NCBI GenBank assembly: GCA_024679065.1
Contig: JAGIQG010000016.1
Location: 12,462,001 to 12,526,000, forward strand
DNA length: 64,000 nucleotides
Origin: Sphyrna mokarran
Taxonomy: Eukaryota
Direction: 5' to 3'
In this document: piece by piece, positions 26,257-40,554 of the stretch
How the letters are laid out: every line of letters starts with the position of its first letter
How positions within the stretch are numbered: the stretch's first letter is position 1
Made by a program: the position numbers and the translations under genes
The notes under the pieces: model-generated
Seen by the model: the letters and a program-made list of their open reading frames with translations, nothing else
Databases searched by the model: none
What the model was told of the DNA's origin: nothing

Positions 26257-27072
26257 TGTGCTAATATAATCAGGGCCCAGTTTTAAGTCAGATTATTTGG
26301 ATATCTTGAAAAAAAGAATTTGACATGTCAAAATCAAACATTATCAGAACTCACTTATGTCTGAATTGGTAAAAGTCAAATATACAAAGTCACAAACATG
26401 TCTGCGTGAGGCCCATCATCACATATCAAAGATAAATGCACTCTACTGCAGGTGTTCATTGCAGCCCATTGAAATGCATTGGCCTATTTTCAGAAGTCCA
26501 TATCAGTCAGACTCTCTGTCACCTAGATTTCCTGCGGTTACCTTATCTGACAAAATGTCATGTATAAGCAACAGAATGGGGAGCGGGCCTCAGTGCCGGT
26601 TAGGCAGATATCAATTACCCACTGGGTATTGGGACACCTCTTCCCGAGACCTCATTGGACGGAAAGCAGAGATGTTACTGGAAAGGAGAGTAAGCAGTAG
26701 GATAAAGGTAAACATTTCAGGCGTACCAGCAGTGAAGACTCGATTTTAGTGACATTATAACCATCCGGAAAATTGACCAGAGAAGGAAGGAAAGCAAAAG
26801 CTGCCATCGAAACTTACCGTCTTGACGATGGTCCAGAGGGACTCAGAGAATCGGGCCTGCAGATTAGCCAGACTTTTTTGGAGTTTCGTATACTTGAATC
26901 TGGAGTATCCTCCTGTTTAATGTGGGTAACTTATAGTTGAATCAGGCTTTTAGTAATAAACTTATTCGTGTTTACTCGTACTTATCCTTGCCCATCTTGC
27001 AATTAAAGACACCAGGATAAAAGTTTGAGTCAGTAAACTGGTTGAGCGGATCTGAGATTTAAAGGTACAAGA
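26257..27072 (+). repeat. 3' LTR
   Basis: Starts TGTGCTAATAT and ends GGTACAAGA. Colinear with 13320-14140. AATAAA at 26955-26960. Confidence 0.88.
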
Positions 27073-28463
27073 GGAAGGATTGCTATGTTCGCTAAACGTT
27101 CTGCATATTAAACATTTACACTGAGCCTTCACTGAAAAAAAAGAAAAATAAATACAATTGTTTGGGTAACATCCATACAACCCTAATGTTTGATACGTTG
27201 TAATCGGGGAAAAATAATTCATAATTTCCTCGTTGATTAATCATTCCGTTAGACTGTCGTGATGCATTGAGAGATTGGGTACTGGAACGTATTCTGTAAA
27301 CATGCTGGCACATGTCAATCATGGACATAGAATACTCAGTGAAAATGGAATAGTGATACTGTTAAAAAAAAAGAGAACAAAATGATTTATTCAAGAGTGT
27401 AAGAATCTGACCGGGGTATGACGGAAAGTCACGTGCATAAAACCGTTAGAATGCGTCTGCGCAGCGGAATCAAGTGACAAAGAAAATCAAAATGCCAAAT
27501 CAATTATTATTAGGTAGCATTAAATTAGTTGTGCTACTATTGAACAATGGCATTTGGACTGTTTGTGATCAACATTTTGAATCATAATTCTGGATTGCCA
27601 ATTGGTTGTACTTTTGTGAGGTTTTAACCGTGCAAATTTGCTGACGCATGACATTCCACTGCGAGATTGCCAGGCAATACGCTCTTCAAACTCTCAGGGA
27701 AGTATAATTTTCCAATTTGTGCTTACCTTATCCCAGCAATAATACATAATGCTATCTTAAACAGAAATATCTGATGGTCCAGGGTGTTTTCCTGATACAC
27801 TGACGCATGGAACTTAATTAATGTAAGTAAAATATAGTACATTCCCTGATAATATGTAATTCATGCCTCATTTCACTGGGAGGACATGCAATATCCTGTA
27901 AAGCCCAGAGAGAACAAATATCGACCACCTCTGAAATTCACTGCTACATGTAATGATTAGATTAAGATTCGCAAAGAAGCCCATTCTCCCTGATCAGTAG
28001 ACCCTCACATGACCGTACAGCACCCGGTCGTATCACCCAACACTAAATCACACTGACTATATCCCTCCTACACTCAATGATATGTCGGCAACCAAATAAC
28101 TTGAACCAATATAAATTCCTTGTGTTCGAAAATTGGCAATGATCCTTATAAGTATAGCTGTGGATGTGGTGAAATGTAAAGCCTTTTTGTTGGATTATGA
28201 ATATATGTTTGACTCGACAAATTGCCTGCAGTGGTTTGCACAGCTATACATTCCGAAAACGTGCATCTACTCATGCTCGCATGAGGGATTACAGATTGAT
28301 CCCCAAAATTAAATGATCACCAATGATTGAAATGTGAAATTAACGAGGAAATTATGCGCCCAAAGAATGATTGATGTTTTTAATTTACATCCGGAGAGTT
28401 ATGTAATTGAATTCTCACTGTGTATTGAAGAACCTATACAATGATATTTTGCATCAGATGTTA

Positions 28464-29842
28464 GCCAATTATTGTCCAATCAGTCTTCTTTCGATCATAA
28501 ACAATGTGATGGAAAGGGTCATCAGCAGTGTTATCTAGCAGCATTTGCTCAGCAAAAAGCTTCTCAGTGAAGCTCAGTATGCGTCTCGCCAAGGCCACTC
28601 AGCTTCTCACCTCATTATAGCCTCAAATCAAACATGGATAAAAAAGCTGAATTTCAGTACTGAGGTGAGAGTCACAGCATGTGACATCAAGGCCACACTT
28701 GACCGAGTGCACCTTCAAGGAGCCCTAACAAAACTTAATACAATGGATATCAGAGGGCAAAGAGTCTGCTGGTTGGATTCATAATTGTTACAAAGAAAGA
28801 TGGTTGTGGTTGTGGAGGGTCAGTCTTCTCAGCTGACCGGCATATCTGTAGGAATGCCTCAGTGTGGTGTCCTGGGCCTAATAACTTTCAGCTACTTCAT
28901 CAATGACCTTCCTTCTGTCATTAGGTCAGGAGTGGAGTCTTTTTGATGATTGCACAATATGTTCAATACCATTTGATATTGACGCAGATACCTCAGATAT
29001 TGACGCAGCTCATGTTCAAATACAAAAAGATCTGCAAAATTACCTGGCTTGTGCGGACAAGTGGCAAGCAACAGTCGCACCACTGAAATGCTATGCAATG
29101 ACCATGACCAATAAGAGACATTCTAACCAAAGACAAATGACATTCAATGTATAACCATCACTCAATCCTTCACTATCAATATTTTTGGGGTTACAACTGA
29201 ACAGAAGCTCAACTGGACACACTACGTAGACGCAGTGTCTGCATGGACAGGTTAGAAGCTAAGAATACTGCGGCGAGTAATTCAGCTCTAGGTTCCCAAA
29301 AACATATCCACCATACAAAAGGCACGAATCCAGAACGTGATGGAATGTGCCCTCCTTGCTGGATGCGTGCAGGACCAAAACACTCAAGAAGCTTGACACC
29401 ATCCAGGAAAAGAATTTGGCTTCATTTGCACCACATCATCGCGCATTCAATCCCTCCACTTCTCCGGAGCAAGAATGTGTCAGACGTATAAAATGCGCAG
29501 CAGCATTCACCAAAGATCCTCCGACAACACCTTCCAAACCCAAAAATCATTTTCACTCAGAAGGACAAGGGCAGCAGATAAATGGGAACACCACCAGTGG
29601 CAAATTCCCTTCCAAAACATTCACCATCCTACTTGCAAATATTGCAAACTACTCACCGTTCCCTCGCAGTTGTTGTGTCAAAATCCTGAATTTCCTTCCT
29701 AACATCGTAGGTCAACCCACAGAATATGGATAGCAACGATTCAAGGCGGCTGCTCACCATCAGGGCAACTTCCAGGGCTATGAGGGATGGGAATAAAGAC
29801 TGGCCTGTCAGCGTCGCCCATTTTCTTGGAATGAATAAATAA
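28464..29842 (+). mobile_element. 5'-truncated LINE of the CR1/L2 group (different family from the other CR1s), RT and 3' end
   Basis: NYCPISLLSII, DIKATLDRVHLQGAL (ORF 28545), GMPQCGVLG, WADKWQ-like motif. Tail GGGATGGGAATAAAGACTGGCCTGTCAGCGTCGCCCAT..GAATGAATAAA. Confidence 0.88.
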
Positions 29843-31336
29843 TATGCCAATTCAAATAGCTCAACCTGCGTCCAAATAGTTAAAATGGGAATGTTCTTTG
29901 GACTGATTTAATAGACGTGTGAACTTCTGTTTTGGATTTTGGATTCCATTCATGAAACCTACTGGTGTCTATTTCATTGTAGTCCAACTTGGAACATTTT
30001 CCGATTACATCTCGTTTAATGAACAGTCTTCTTCTCTTTCAACTGTATTTGATCTCGGTCAATCAACTGAGGAATATACAAACGAATTTTTGCCCGTTGA
30101 TCCCGATTTAATGGTTTCCATATCAATTCAACTGCTGCAGTGTGGCAACAGTCGAAATCTGCGTTGTTGCAATGTAACAGTATTATACACTTGCAACTTC
30201 AACTGTTTCATAACAGGGAAATGGATTGTTAGCTTTTTTCAACATTTGCTTTAATAGGTCTTCCACGCATCTGCATTTTTTCTGTTCCTGTTCCTTCACG
30301 TCTTAATTGGAGTCTTACATTCTGATCAAACACTTGTCCAATTGTTCTATACCTGATTCCTTATTTTCCTCGTAATCTTGTTGTGAAATTGTTTCATACA
30401 CATTAACTCATTTAAGTTTGACATATACGTTCACATCCAACAGCATAGCAGTTTTTTTTTCTGCAGTTTTTTTTAAGATTTTTTTTAATGAGCACTTTAA
30501 CGTTATGGAACAAGAACACTTAAATCAAGTGGGACGATTTTACTGTCTTGCTTCAAAGCACATATGTTGCATTATTTGCAGAAGTTTTCATCAAATAATG
30601 TTTTTGAAAGTTAACATAACTAAACGTCATTTATGTTGGAATGTGGGAGTTTGATATATTGGTCTACTGTTATGGGGTTGGGAAGGCTGTTGGCTGAGAA
30701 AGTCAAGACAAGTCAAGACATAAGATTATATGGCCTACAGGTTCAGCACAACAACAAAGAAGTAAAAGGAGGAATAGGTCAACAGGCAATTCGTTAAATT
30801 ACCTTATATTGTGCTTAAGGCTCTGGGGCGCCAGGCAACTAAAACGTGAACTGGGTTGTTCTTTGCAAAAGTGCAAGATTTTGCAGTGATTCTCTTACTG
30901 CATGCACATTAACTTGTTGTATGTAACCGTTCTCTGGGTAAATCTCGACATTTCCTGCAATTAAAAATCTACGTGAATTTCAAGGCATTCAGTATCCAGA
31001 ATTCTTACCAACATATTTCAGAAAATGCTTCCCTGATCTCGATAAATATAGAACTTTTCCTCAAAACATCTATCTTGCTCTATTTTAGGAAACTGTTTTG
31101 GGCGATTGTGAACAATTTTCAAAGCAAAACAGGTGGCAACATAGAAATCAGTAATGTTGTTCATTTGTCGGAATGTGCTTGTTTAATACCTCAGCACAGT
31201 TTTTTGTATTCAGATCCAATGCACTTGAGTTGATTTTCGAAACGGAGACGTGGGAGACGTGGGGGGGGGGGGGAGGTGGGCGGTAGATCATAAATATCTA
31301 TTCAGTAATGAATAAAAAAAACAAAAAAAAACTTAC

Positions 31337-31372
31337 CCATTTCCTGCATAGCTGCGGTGCACTTTAGCAATT
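31337..31372 (-). other. Candidate 36-nt micro-exon (ELLKCTAAMQEM in phase 1, or IAKVHRSYAGN in phase 2)
   Basis: gaatttcgtttatttctAG|AATTGCTAAAGTGCACCGCAGCTATGCAGGAAATGG|GTAAGTttttt. Strong sites, length divisible by 3. Confidence 0.35.
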
Positions 31373-32014
31373 CTAGAAATAAACGAAATTCAAATAATAT
31401 CTTTCGCCCAACAAGGTATTAAGCATTTGTGAAAACTTTTCTTTTTGTTGAACAGTTATGTTGATTGTTCAACTTAATATCTGATCACGTTAATCATTAC
31501 ATTTTGATTGTCGTCACGGTTGCAGTACCCTCTTTTCGAACAGACATCTATCACGGGTGCACAGTGAACTGATGCTGATGCCGTTCTGCTACCTGGACCT
31601 ACCCATTTGGGTTTAGAAACTGTAATGCATAATATCTTCTAAAATTTGTTTGCCACAATTACGCAGCAAAGCTTATGCTGGCATACTCAGAAGCAAAGTC
31701 AACTACCAGTGGACTGCAATTTTCTATTTGTCTTCCACATATGTTTATCGGATACGCGCAATATTTTTGTGAGAAACTGATTTTATGTCGTAAGTTGTTT
31801 GAGACTATTCAGTGCGAGTTATAAATGAAAACAAAATGATTGGAATTACACAGACAGTGCAACAAAGGTCCACTTCGAATGAAGAGGAAGCATAAAGTTT
31901 GACTACAAGTATATTTTTCACCGAAAGTTCGAAATAGCCAAAGGTTTTTTGTGGTTGTTGTTGTTAGATTGTTTTGCTGTTCCTTCCTTGGTTTGTGAAT
32001 GTTTGTAGTTTGAT

Positions 32015-32235
32015 TTCAAACAACAAAGAACAACACAGCACGGGAAGCATGACTTTCGACCTAATGAGCCCGCGCCTCTTCCACAGACGGCACTTGTCGA
32101 CACTTACTGCACTCCACATTGGGAACCAGATTGATGGGAGACTAATTTAGGGATAATTTATTACACCAATCAGCCTCACAGCAAATGTTTGTAGTGTGGC
32201 AGCAAACCGGAGCACCCGGAGAATATCATCACCTC
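32015..32235 (-). mobile_element. V-core-containing retroposon 3' fragment, tail related to 45048-45629
   Basis: AAACCGGAGCACCCGGAGAA core. The tail AAAGAACAACACAGCACGGGAA..TTCGACCTAATGAGCCCGCGCC is seen on the + strand. Confidence 0.75.
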
Positions 32236-32311
32236 ACTAAATAGACATAGAAGCAGATAACACAAACGTAACATCGAAAAAAAAATGTGTTGCCAGTGGA
32301 TGTGTATCGCG

Positions 32312-32640
32312 ATTGTGACACTGTGGCACAGTGCTTAGCACCGCTGCCTCACAGCGACAGGGAAAGTAGTTCAATTTCGACCTTGTATGACTGCCGAGTT
32401 TATGTCAAGTTTGCTTTCAAGTGTTTGTCGTTCGTCCCACTTTGCACAGATATGCAGTCGAAATTGACTGACCGTAGTAAATTGAATTTGAGTGGTATAG
32501 GGCGAGTCGGTACCAATCGGTTGGCTCAATTGGATAAATGCATGGAGTTATGGGGAAAATGTGTTTGTGGAATGCATAATCAGAAAGTAAATACAAACTG
32601 GATGGGCCGAGAAAAAAAACTTAACGATTCCACATTTGGA
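32312..32640 (+). mobile_element. Degraded tRNA-derived V-SINE (HE1-like)
   Basis: Head GTGGCACAGTGCTTAGCACCGCTGCCTCACAGC..GTTCAATT (A/B box-like), followed by an eroded core. Confidence 0.75.
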
Positions 32641-33547
32641 ATGCATTGTTGTCCACGAGAACAACACACGTGAAGAACCTGAATGAATTTGTCTCTTCTT
32701 TGCTCAGTTGGAGGCTTTCAATATCTGAACCAGGGAGAAGATGCTAATTAAATTAAAACTTCAAACTGCGCAGTATTCTGCTAGATTATGCCAACATCTT
32801 GATATCTTAATGTGATCAACCGTGAACACTGGTATGTGCGATGGTGAGACACACTGGTGAATGAGAATGCATTCCCGGTGACATTTAGGGTTGATGTTGC
32901 TCGCCACGGACGAAAACCGTCAGGTTGCTATAGAGAAAACAACAAACAAAGTGGAGTGTGGATAACCAGCAGGACATGTCGAATTGCGATGAAGTCCAGA
33001 AACTGTTAAAATCAGTATTAATGTAATCGAAAATGCACAGCCAAGTAGTCCGTATTCTTCTTCGCAGTTTTGACCTGCAATTGTGATTGTAGTGCATTTT
33101 TCATCGTGCCAAACTGAAGGACATTTGTTAGTGGTGATGGATGTTCTTGAATTGAGATGGATAGCATCAACCTTCACAGAACAAAACGTGCGTCCGTTCT
33201 TTTGGGGACTGTGATCTGCAGAACTGCGTTCAGAATTAAATGAACGAATCAAAACGGAGAATAATACCTCTTTCCTTATATTAGTAATGCGTCAATTAAT
33301 AGATAACTCTGAGAATTGGGCATATCGATATAACTAAGATTAAAGATTAGTTGTTTTTAGCATTGAATGTTGTGCAAACGAAATTGCCTTGATTGCAAAC
33401 AGTTGAAATCCAGTCCGGCAGCTGTTCAAACAACTAATTGACGCATTATTATTATACTGTGACACGGATTTCGAGACGCAAATTAATGTATTTCTTCGTA
33501 ATGCTGTTTTGAAATTCCCGTCGTTCAAAACAATTGTGCTGGTGAAT

Positions 33548-33815
33548 CACGGTAGATTAGTGGTCAGCGATGCTGCCTCGCAGTGCTTGTGGATCCGAGT
33601 TTGAGCCCTAGCTTACTTTTACTCTTTCTGTGGAATTTGCAAGTTCTTCCCGTGTCTGCGTGGCTCTTTCAGGTTCTCACCTTCCCTACCATATTTTTAA
33701 AGACGTAGTGATTAGATGTATTGAAATGCACAGACGCTGGACTCTGGCCAATAGTAAAATTTTACAGTAACATGATTACAATGCTAATGTCTTATTTGTG
33801 ATTAATCAATGAACT
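33548..33815 (+). mobile_element. V-SINE (HE1-like)
   Basis: CACGGTAGATTAGTGGTCAGCGATGCTGCCTCGCAG head and TGTGGAATTTGCAAGTTCTTCCCGTGTCTGCGTGG core. Confidence 0.8.
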
Positions 33816-34497
33816 TCTCTTTTATCTTTCGCATCTCATTGACGCGCGTCTCTCGGGAAAAAAAAATATCTATGCATCATTTAATGATACATTGGAGCAT
33901 GTAATTGGAGAAGGCATTTTCTTTTTTTCCCGTTATGAACCTTGCAAATAAATTCAGAACAGTGCAAGGTACCTTGCTTGGTGCCCCCAAAAAATCAAAT
34001 GCACAGACTATTCAAAAAATTTTAAAAAAGATTGTGGAGAAGGAAGATTGTAAAATCAATGAAAATCTCTGAAGATATATAGATTTGGATAGAGAGAAGC
34101 AGTGTTGGACTGGAAGGAACAAAACATTTTTCGGAAATAAGTATCAGATTAAAAAGCCCCAAAACATCTTTGCTCTCGCAGGAAGTGAGGGGAATTTGAC
34201 ATCACAATTATTCTCAATAGCATTTTAGGACGCAACATGGACGTCATCATCTCTGAATGTATTACAGCTGAGTATGGCTCCTGTCATGGTGAAGCTGACA
34301 AAAAAATTAAATGTGCTGTAAATAATTCCGAGTATATTCCGAAAGGTAGCATTCCATCCATTGACACTGTCTGTTCTTCCCTCTTTCTGAAATAAAACCA
34401 GCATCATCATAGAACTTATGCACAATTGGTATACGTTACTCCATCTTTGTGCAGACAGGAGAAGTCTCTAAAGTATGAGGTAACATGCCAACTGACT

Positions 34498-34712
34498 GAA
34501 GAAAACACCTTCTCTGCTGCCATCAGAAATTTGAGAATAATTATCATATATTATGCCATCCACTCCTTACACTCTATCTACATCTGTATTATGATATTTT
34601 GCACACTTTCCTTTCCTGCAATATGGACAGTGTGCTTTGTCTGCAAGGTGGGCAAAAATCAATACATTCTAGAATATGCCAATGCATGTGAGAATAATAA
34701 AACAAAGCACAA
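34498..34712 (+). mobile_element. Probable Rex1/Babar-like LINE 3' end
   Basis: GAAAACACCTTCTCTGCTGCCATCAGA (KNSFFPAAIR-like ORF end), terminating CATGTGAGAATAATAAAACAAA. Confidence 0.55.
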
Positions 34713-35292
34713 CAAAAAGGAAGAGCAAACGAAAAACGGTGCCAATAGACTGTTGTGCAACGTGCGGTCAAAAGTAAGTCACCATTATCGCAAGCCTTCA
34801 ATTTCATTCTGTAAGTTCATGACATATCCTAAGTTGCATTTTTCCCCCATCTCCTGCCAAAAGAACTGCATCCTTCATAAATCCAGGACATGTACCACAG
34901 CCGGCAAACAAATGGCTCATTATCATGTGATAAAATACTTGTTAACTGCCAGAATGTTAATATAATAATTGGGACGATGTTGACATTTCATTTTACATTC
35001 AAACAAAGCATAGCGTAAAGTTGTTTGAATGCAATCTACCAAAAAAGCCTTCTTGAGAGTCCCATTTTTTAAATGGAATAAATTAAGTAAGCAATTTAAG
35101 TTCAAATGTTGCCCAATGAGGTTGGTTAATTTTTTTAAAAAAACAGTAATGTCTGCAGGAACTGCCGTCATGATCCATTACTTGCTTAAAGGAAATTTCC
35201 TCCGAGTCATAAAAAAAAGCATGACGGATCAAAACACAAATGCTGTGTCCGCTTGGAATCGGACAGGAAGTCAGAAAACGTTGGAAAACTCT

Positions 35293-35568
35293 GAAGTTTG
35301 TTTATTATTGCCGTAAGTAGGCTTACGTAATTCCTGCAACAAAATTACTGTGAAAATCCCCTGTTCCCACTGTCTGGCAGCTGTCCAGTTCAACACACCT
35401 AACAAACACGTGTTTCAGAAAGTGGGAGGAAATATAGAAAACCCACTAAGACACGGGAAGAGCGTGCAAACACCATGCAAACAACCGGATTCCGAGCCGA
35501 GATCGAGCTCAGGTCTCAGACGCTGTGAGACAGCAGTGCTAACCACTGCGTGATGCTCCCGTGCTCCC
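35293..35568 (-). mobile_element. V-SINE (HE1-like), full length
   Basis: On +: GTGGGAGGAAA...GACACGGGAAGAGCGTGCAAAC...GCTGTGAGACAGCAGTGCTAACCACTG. Confidence 0.85.
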
Positions 35569-36354
35569 TATATGAGTCATGTGGACTCGATACTTTAAAC
35601 CGTCTTTCTCTTGCTCGTAAAAGAAACACTTCAGTGATCTGTCAATGCAATTTCGAAGTTCAGAAATTTGACATAGATTTAAAACAGTTGAAAATGTCAC
35701 AACTTTCTTGGATTCATGTTATGCAAAGTGATTGGCAGATTTGAGCCTTTTGTTTTCAGTTCGAAGCATGCTTCTGTTGTGCTGAAAAAAAATAAGCACG
35801 AACTTGAGAATGAATGGAATACAGCTTAGAAAACAGGAGCCACTTGTACGAAAAAGAGCCTTTCCAGGGAAAAAAAAACAATTCAAAAACCAGAATAGAA
35901 GGAGCTTCGCTGGGTAACCATTAAAATCTGACGCAGATATGTATCGGAAAATCCCTCCAATTGAGCATTGGGCAAAAAGGGACGCGCCAGAAAAAAAGCA
36001 AAAAAAAACAAATATCTAACTGAGGTATATCGAACAGCTGGAATAAACTTAGAGGTCGTCTGAATTAAAATAGCAGACAATTGGAGCCGATATACGTTAC
36101 TCTTCCATGAGGTCACAGTAAGAACTGATAAGAAAAAAATGATTGCCAGGAACCAAGAAACATCTGAAAATTGCTGCAGCATCTGGTTAATTAAAGCAAT
36201 TAGCAGCAATATTTCTTAAAGTTTGTGCCCAAACTCCATGACATTAAGGGACAAATGCACATAAACTGTCAGTGCAGCACCCATGCATTTGGGCATTTGT
36301 GATCCTCCAAACTCTTCCATACTTATGAGGACATGAGGGAGTAAAATGGAAACA

Positions 36355-36478
36355 ATTATAATTATGATTATTAATTTAAATAATATATGTTTCATATATT
36401 TATTTATAATTATAACTTATTTAGTTATACATTTATTATCATGTAATATAATTTATGTTATTTATAATACGATATTTA
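36355..36478. repeat. AT-only low-complexity tract
   Basis: Degenerate TTA/TATA repeats with almost no G/C. Confidence 0.8.
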
Positions 36479-39400
36479 AGACGTAAGCCATAACAAATTG
36501 TTTAAAAAGCTAATTATCAGCGTTTATCATTGTTTTCCAGCTTTGTGAAAGGAAAAAAAAACGTTGAGGGCGTTGAAACATAGTTCCATTCTCGGATTAT
36601 TCAGACATCGGTGGACATCAACTCTGTTGGCAAAGCTTTATCCACCGAACTGCCGGAACAGCTGAGCTTTGGCAACACATTAATTTGTGCAAGAAGGTCT
36701 TTTTATTGGCACCAAAAAATTATAATCAATATGCAATTCAATGCAAACTGAGAGCAGAAAAATCAGGTAATGTATCAATTATATTCTGAATGGAAATAAA
36801 GGAAAAAATCACAGCATTGAAGTACGATATTGGATCACTGAAGAACTACATTGGAGAAACACTTGAATTAAGAGACATAGACATGCTCGCAAAGCACTTT
36901 TGTGCATGCGAATTCTGTCCATTCACGTGGGAGAAAACGATCAGCAATTGGATCGTAAATGAAAATAAATATAAATCATGCGAGGAAAAAAAGGCAGTGA
37001 TGCAGAAAAGTAAATGCATTATGAATCGTCTCCAGTGCGCATAGTGTAGCAGGACTAATATTTCATCAATTGGAGTAGGTATTGGGGAAGACAATAGCCC
37101 GGTAAGCCAACGAGGCTTCGGATTTTTTTTCCCCATTTATATTATGGAAGAACACACATATTATGCGCAGTAAGTGCAGACAATGCCACGTGATACCGTC
37201 CAGTATTCATGATGTCTGCGATTAATTTAAACAGAAAATAAAAACAAATGCAAATTTGAGAACGGCTAAACTCTCTAAGCGTAATTAATAACCACATCAA
37301 CTATTGTAACAACAGGAAAATAATGCAGAAATCATGTACCCAAATTTATGCCACTGCGTTTTCCCACTCCCAGACACAGAGGCATATCAGAAGCTTGTTA
37401 TTTCTTATTTTTGGCTCGACTCAATATAGGACAAATACGGTTATTGGCATACCGAGCGAGAAGATACATTGTTTTTTTTTTCAGCTAAGTTTACGTAATC
37501 CATCTCCCGATCGAACCATCACGTTTCTAAACTCGTACATGTTTCTGTCCCATACTGCAGGGAAATGGTAGATTTGAAAAGCCAAACAAGCAATATAATG
37601 TACGCCCTCCAATACTTAAACTGATACATTCTAGTCATGGAAGCCAATATTTACTATAATGTATAACCATTTAGTCTAAAATATTTTACTATTTAAACAA
37701 TCAGTCAATCAAACTACCTATCCTCCTATTCATACAATGACCTATTCACCCCTCCAACTATTGGTGCCTCCATCCTTCCATCCGTCAATCTGTCTATATA
37801 TCTATCCACCTATCTCTTTATCTATGCCTTTCTGCAGTGTTATACTTCCCAGTCAAACTTACCATAACCAGTGGAATGTTAAATGTGCATTATTGAAGAC
37901 CAGAGAACATGGTCTGAGAGCTACAAGGATCATTGCATTTTATTTCTCTCAAGTTCATGGACTGTTCAACAATGCTTGTCTTGTTACCTGCCAGCTTTAT
38001 ATTTGCCTCCAAATTTATGCTCAATGACATTCAAATCATTATTACTGTTTTCCCAGTGATAAGGCAGGTTATAACCGCTCAAAGTTATTACAGTATAGCA
38101 CAGTTCTTCGCGGCTGTTCAATAAATGTAGCTGAAATGCGTCAACATATGTTCCTTTAAGTATTTCGTATTGAATCGCTGTGCAAGCCTCCAGATTTACT
38201 GGACATAATACGCGATTTATTTTCCTTGCTGTATAATGTTCAGCATAGGAAATCGAAGCATGATTCAAGTTTTCGAAAGTATAAATGTAGATGTTTATAG
38301 AGATGCACTGCTACGATAAATTCATAAAAAAAGTTGAATCGTGAAATGAGCCTTTGAAATGCGTCTGACAATTTGGCATACCTACATTAAACTTCCTTAT
38401 CAAGATTGTTTAAATTTATCTCCGAGTCAAGGTCAATGGAAATTAAACATTTCCTCTCTTACTTTGACCTTGCAACTTGCAATGTGCTGGAAGGCTCCTG
38501 AAAGGAGCGTATAGATAGACTTTTTTATTTTCTTGTACCTGACTTCTTGACAAAGCGGCTATAGTTTCTGCGTGATGGTTCTATTGCTTAGCACTGAGAT
38601 GAAGGTAAATTCCACATTAAGCAATGTACTGATGTCTCTGCACATTCCTCTGTAAATCCATTCATAGTTTTGCCCAAGTATGGCTGCTCAATGTACATGA
38701 TGCTGTTGAGCCTACATACAACAATATAATTCCAATGGTTGTGCTGCAATATACAGTCGGTAGGGATAGTATTATATATCAATTTGGATATTTTAAAAGG
38801 TGCCTGATTTGCAAAAATGCTGATATTGTCAAATATAAATCGTTTTTGGGCTCTGTGACAACTTATATTATAGATATCTAATTAGGACACATACCTTTCA
38901 CTTTTTCGCTGAGCATCACATCTGATAAGCAAACATATATCAGATTGCTATAATACCAAAGAAAAATCTTTTTTTGTTTATGCACCATTTATATTCCCGC
39001 CAGATGTACTTGCTATTAAATATAATAATTTTCAAAATATGGATGTATTTTCCTTCCTTTCTAACAAAATTTGTCTTGCAGGGAGGGCAGAAGCCTAGAA
39101 ATGACAAATCCAGCACTTTGCATGGTAAACAAAAAGTACCGTCAACATACATATTTAATGTTTTTGTCTTCAACTCTCTGATAATGTTGTCTCCCAAGTT
39201 CCACCGTTTGATTATGATTTGAGTATCATTGATTGACACAAGACATTATATCGTTCCACATGCATTCGTTCCGACTGCCAATGAAAAATCTCTCAGCACA
39301 GTGTCTTTTGCATATGATGCTCTGCAGAACATTAGTAATGTGAATTTGGATGAGGATTTAATTTGATTGTAGTGATGTTCCGGAGAAACTATTAATTTTC

Positions 39401-40554
39401 TGTATGTGTGCATATGTTTTTTTATTCAGCTACGATTGAAGGAAATAATACACATCATAGAGTCGAAAAATGTGGAGGTAATGTAGCTAGATGAACGCCT
39501 CTGAAATGAGAGTCTGTATTGAAGTGGATTTACAAGTGAGTGTCTTGAAGGTAAAAATGAACATTCACAGTTTTATAAGGACCTGAATGTTCAGCTGCTC
39601 AATTTCTGAGAGAAGGTTAAGAAACATTTACAAAGTACAATGCTGTCAGAAGAAATATATATTTCATAATCTGGCAGCCTAAATGTGAGGGCATTTTTTT
39701 GCTATATTGCTTTGCAAATGTGGCTTCAGATCAATCAGAGAACAGAGAGGGGAAAATGCATCAGTGAGATGCATGAAGATATATTTCATTTAGCTGTCTT
39801 GGTGTGTGTATGTGTGTGTGTGCGTGCACGCGCGTGTCGAGGAGGGATTGGAATGGTGGGGTGAGATAAGGAGGGGGGCGTTCGTTATTTGTGCTGAGAG
39901 AATGTGCGCCTGCTGAAGCAACAACCCAGAAGGAAAAAAAAACATTCAGAAGAAACTATGCTTTTTTTAAACTTTCTCGGACTTCTACAACAAATAAAGC
40001 TTATTACGGTGACAGCGGATATACCTTTATTCAAGTTACAAAATCTTAATATCGGTAATATCATTTGTTATTTTTTCTAATTACATTTTACATGAGAACT
40101 GTTGACGAAAATGAGCTACGTGTGTATTCTGACTGAATGGTGTTTCGTGACATACTTCATAAGAAATTCAACTCTCAACTGCGAACTGGCTATAATTATT
40201 CGAATTATACCTCTTCTGCCCCATGTTTTCAAAAATAACCTTACGATTCTAATCAAAAAGACAACTTTCCTTCTGAGAAGTTGTTGCATAACAAATGGCA
40301 TCTGCTCTAGTCTTAAACAAATACTATCGCATTTTGGCCATGCCTGGTTGTTGCCTCATGAGGCCTGTGCAGAGTCTCCTCACTGTTTGGTCAACTCTTA
40401 CTGGAAGAAAGAGGACGATTTTGAAGATGAAATAATCAGGTAGCGCATTGTAGTGCTATTCCGGATGTGCAATGTCGTCATCTCTAATATCAATAAGTGC
40501 AGTGACGTTGGCTCACATATTAACAATTGTCTGTTTGATCTGGCCGGGTATTTC

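Larger units (their letters stand above)
13320..27072 (+). mobile_element. Ancient degraded endogenous retrovirus (LTR-PBS-gag-pro-RT-tether-RNase H-IN-env-PPT-LTR)
   Basis: Two ~820-bp direct repeats flank ordered remnants of protease, RT, two RNase H-like domains, integrase and env. Details are in the sub-features. Confidence 0.9.

Noticed and set aside
13314-27078. Target-site duplication of the ERV (CGCAG vs GGAAG)
   Set aside because: Only 3/5 match, which cannot be told from chance at this level of decay.
32312-32385. tRNA-like A/B boxes
   Set aside because: These are SINE heads, not tRNA genes; no intact cloverleaf.
32760-33252. Minus-strand ORFs and a good acceptor (ttgttttctctatAG) near 32930
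   Set aside because: No convincing donor or recognisable product.
34426-34965. 179-aa ORF
   Set aside because: Runs across a LINE 3' UTR fragment and AT-rich flank, with no protein-like motif.
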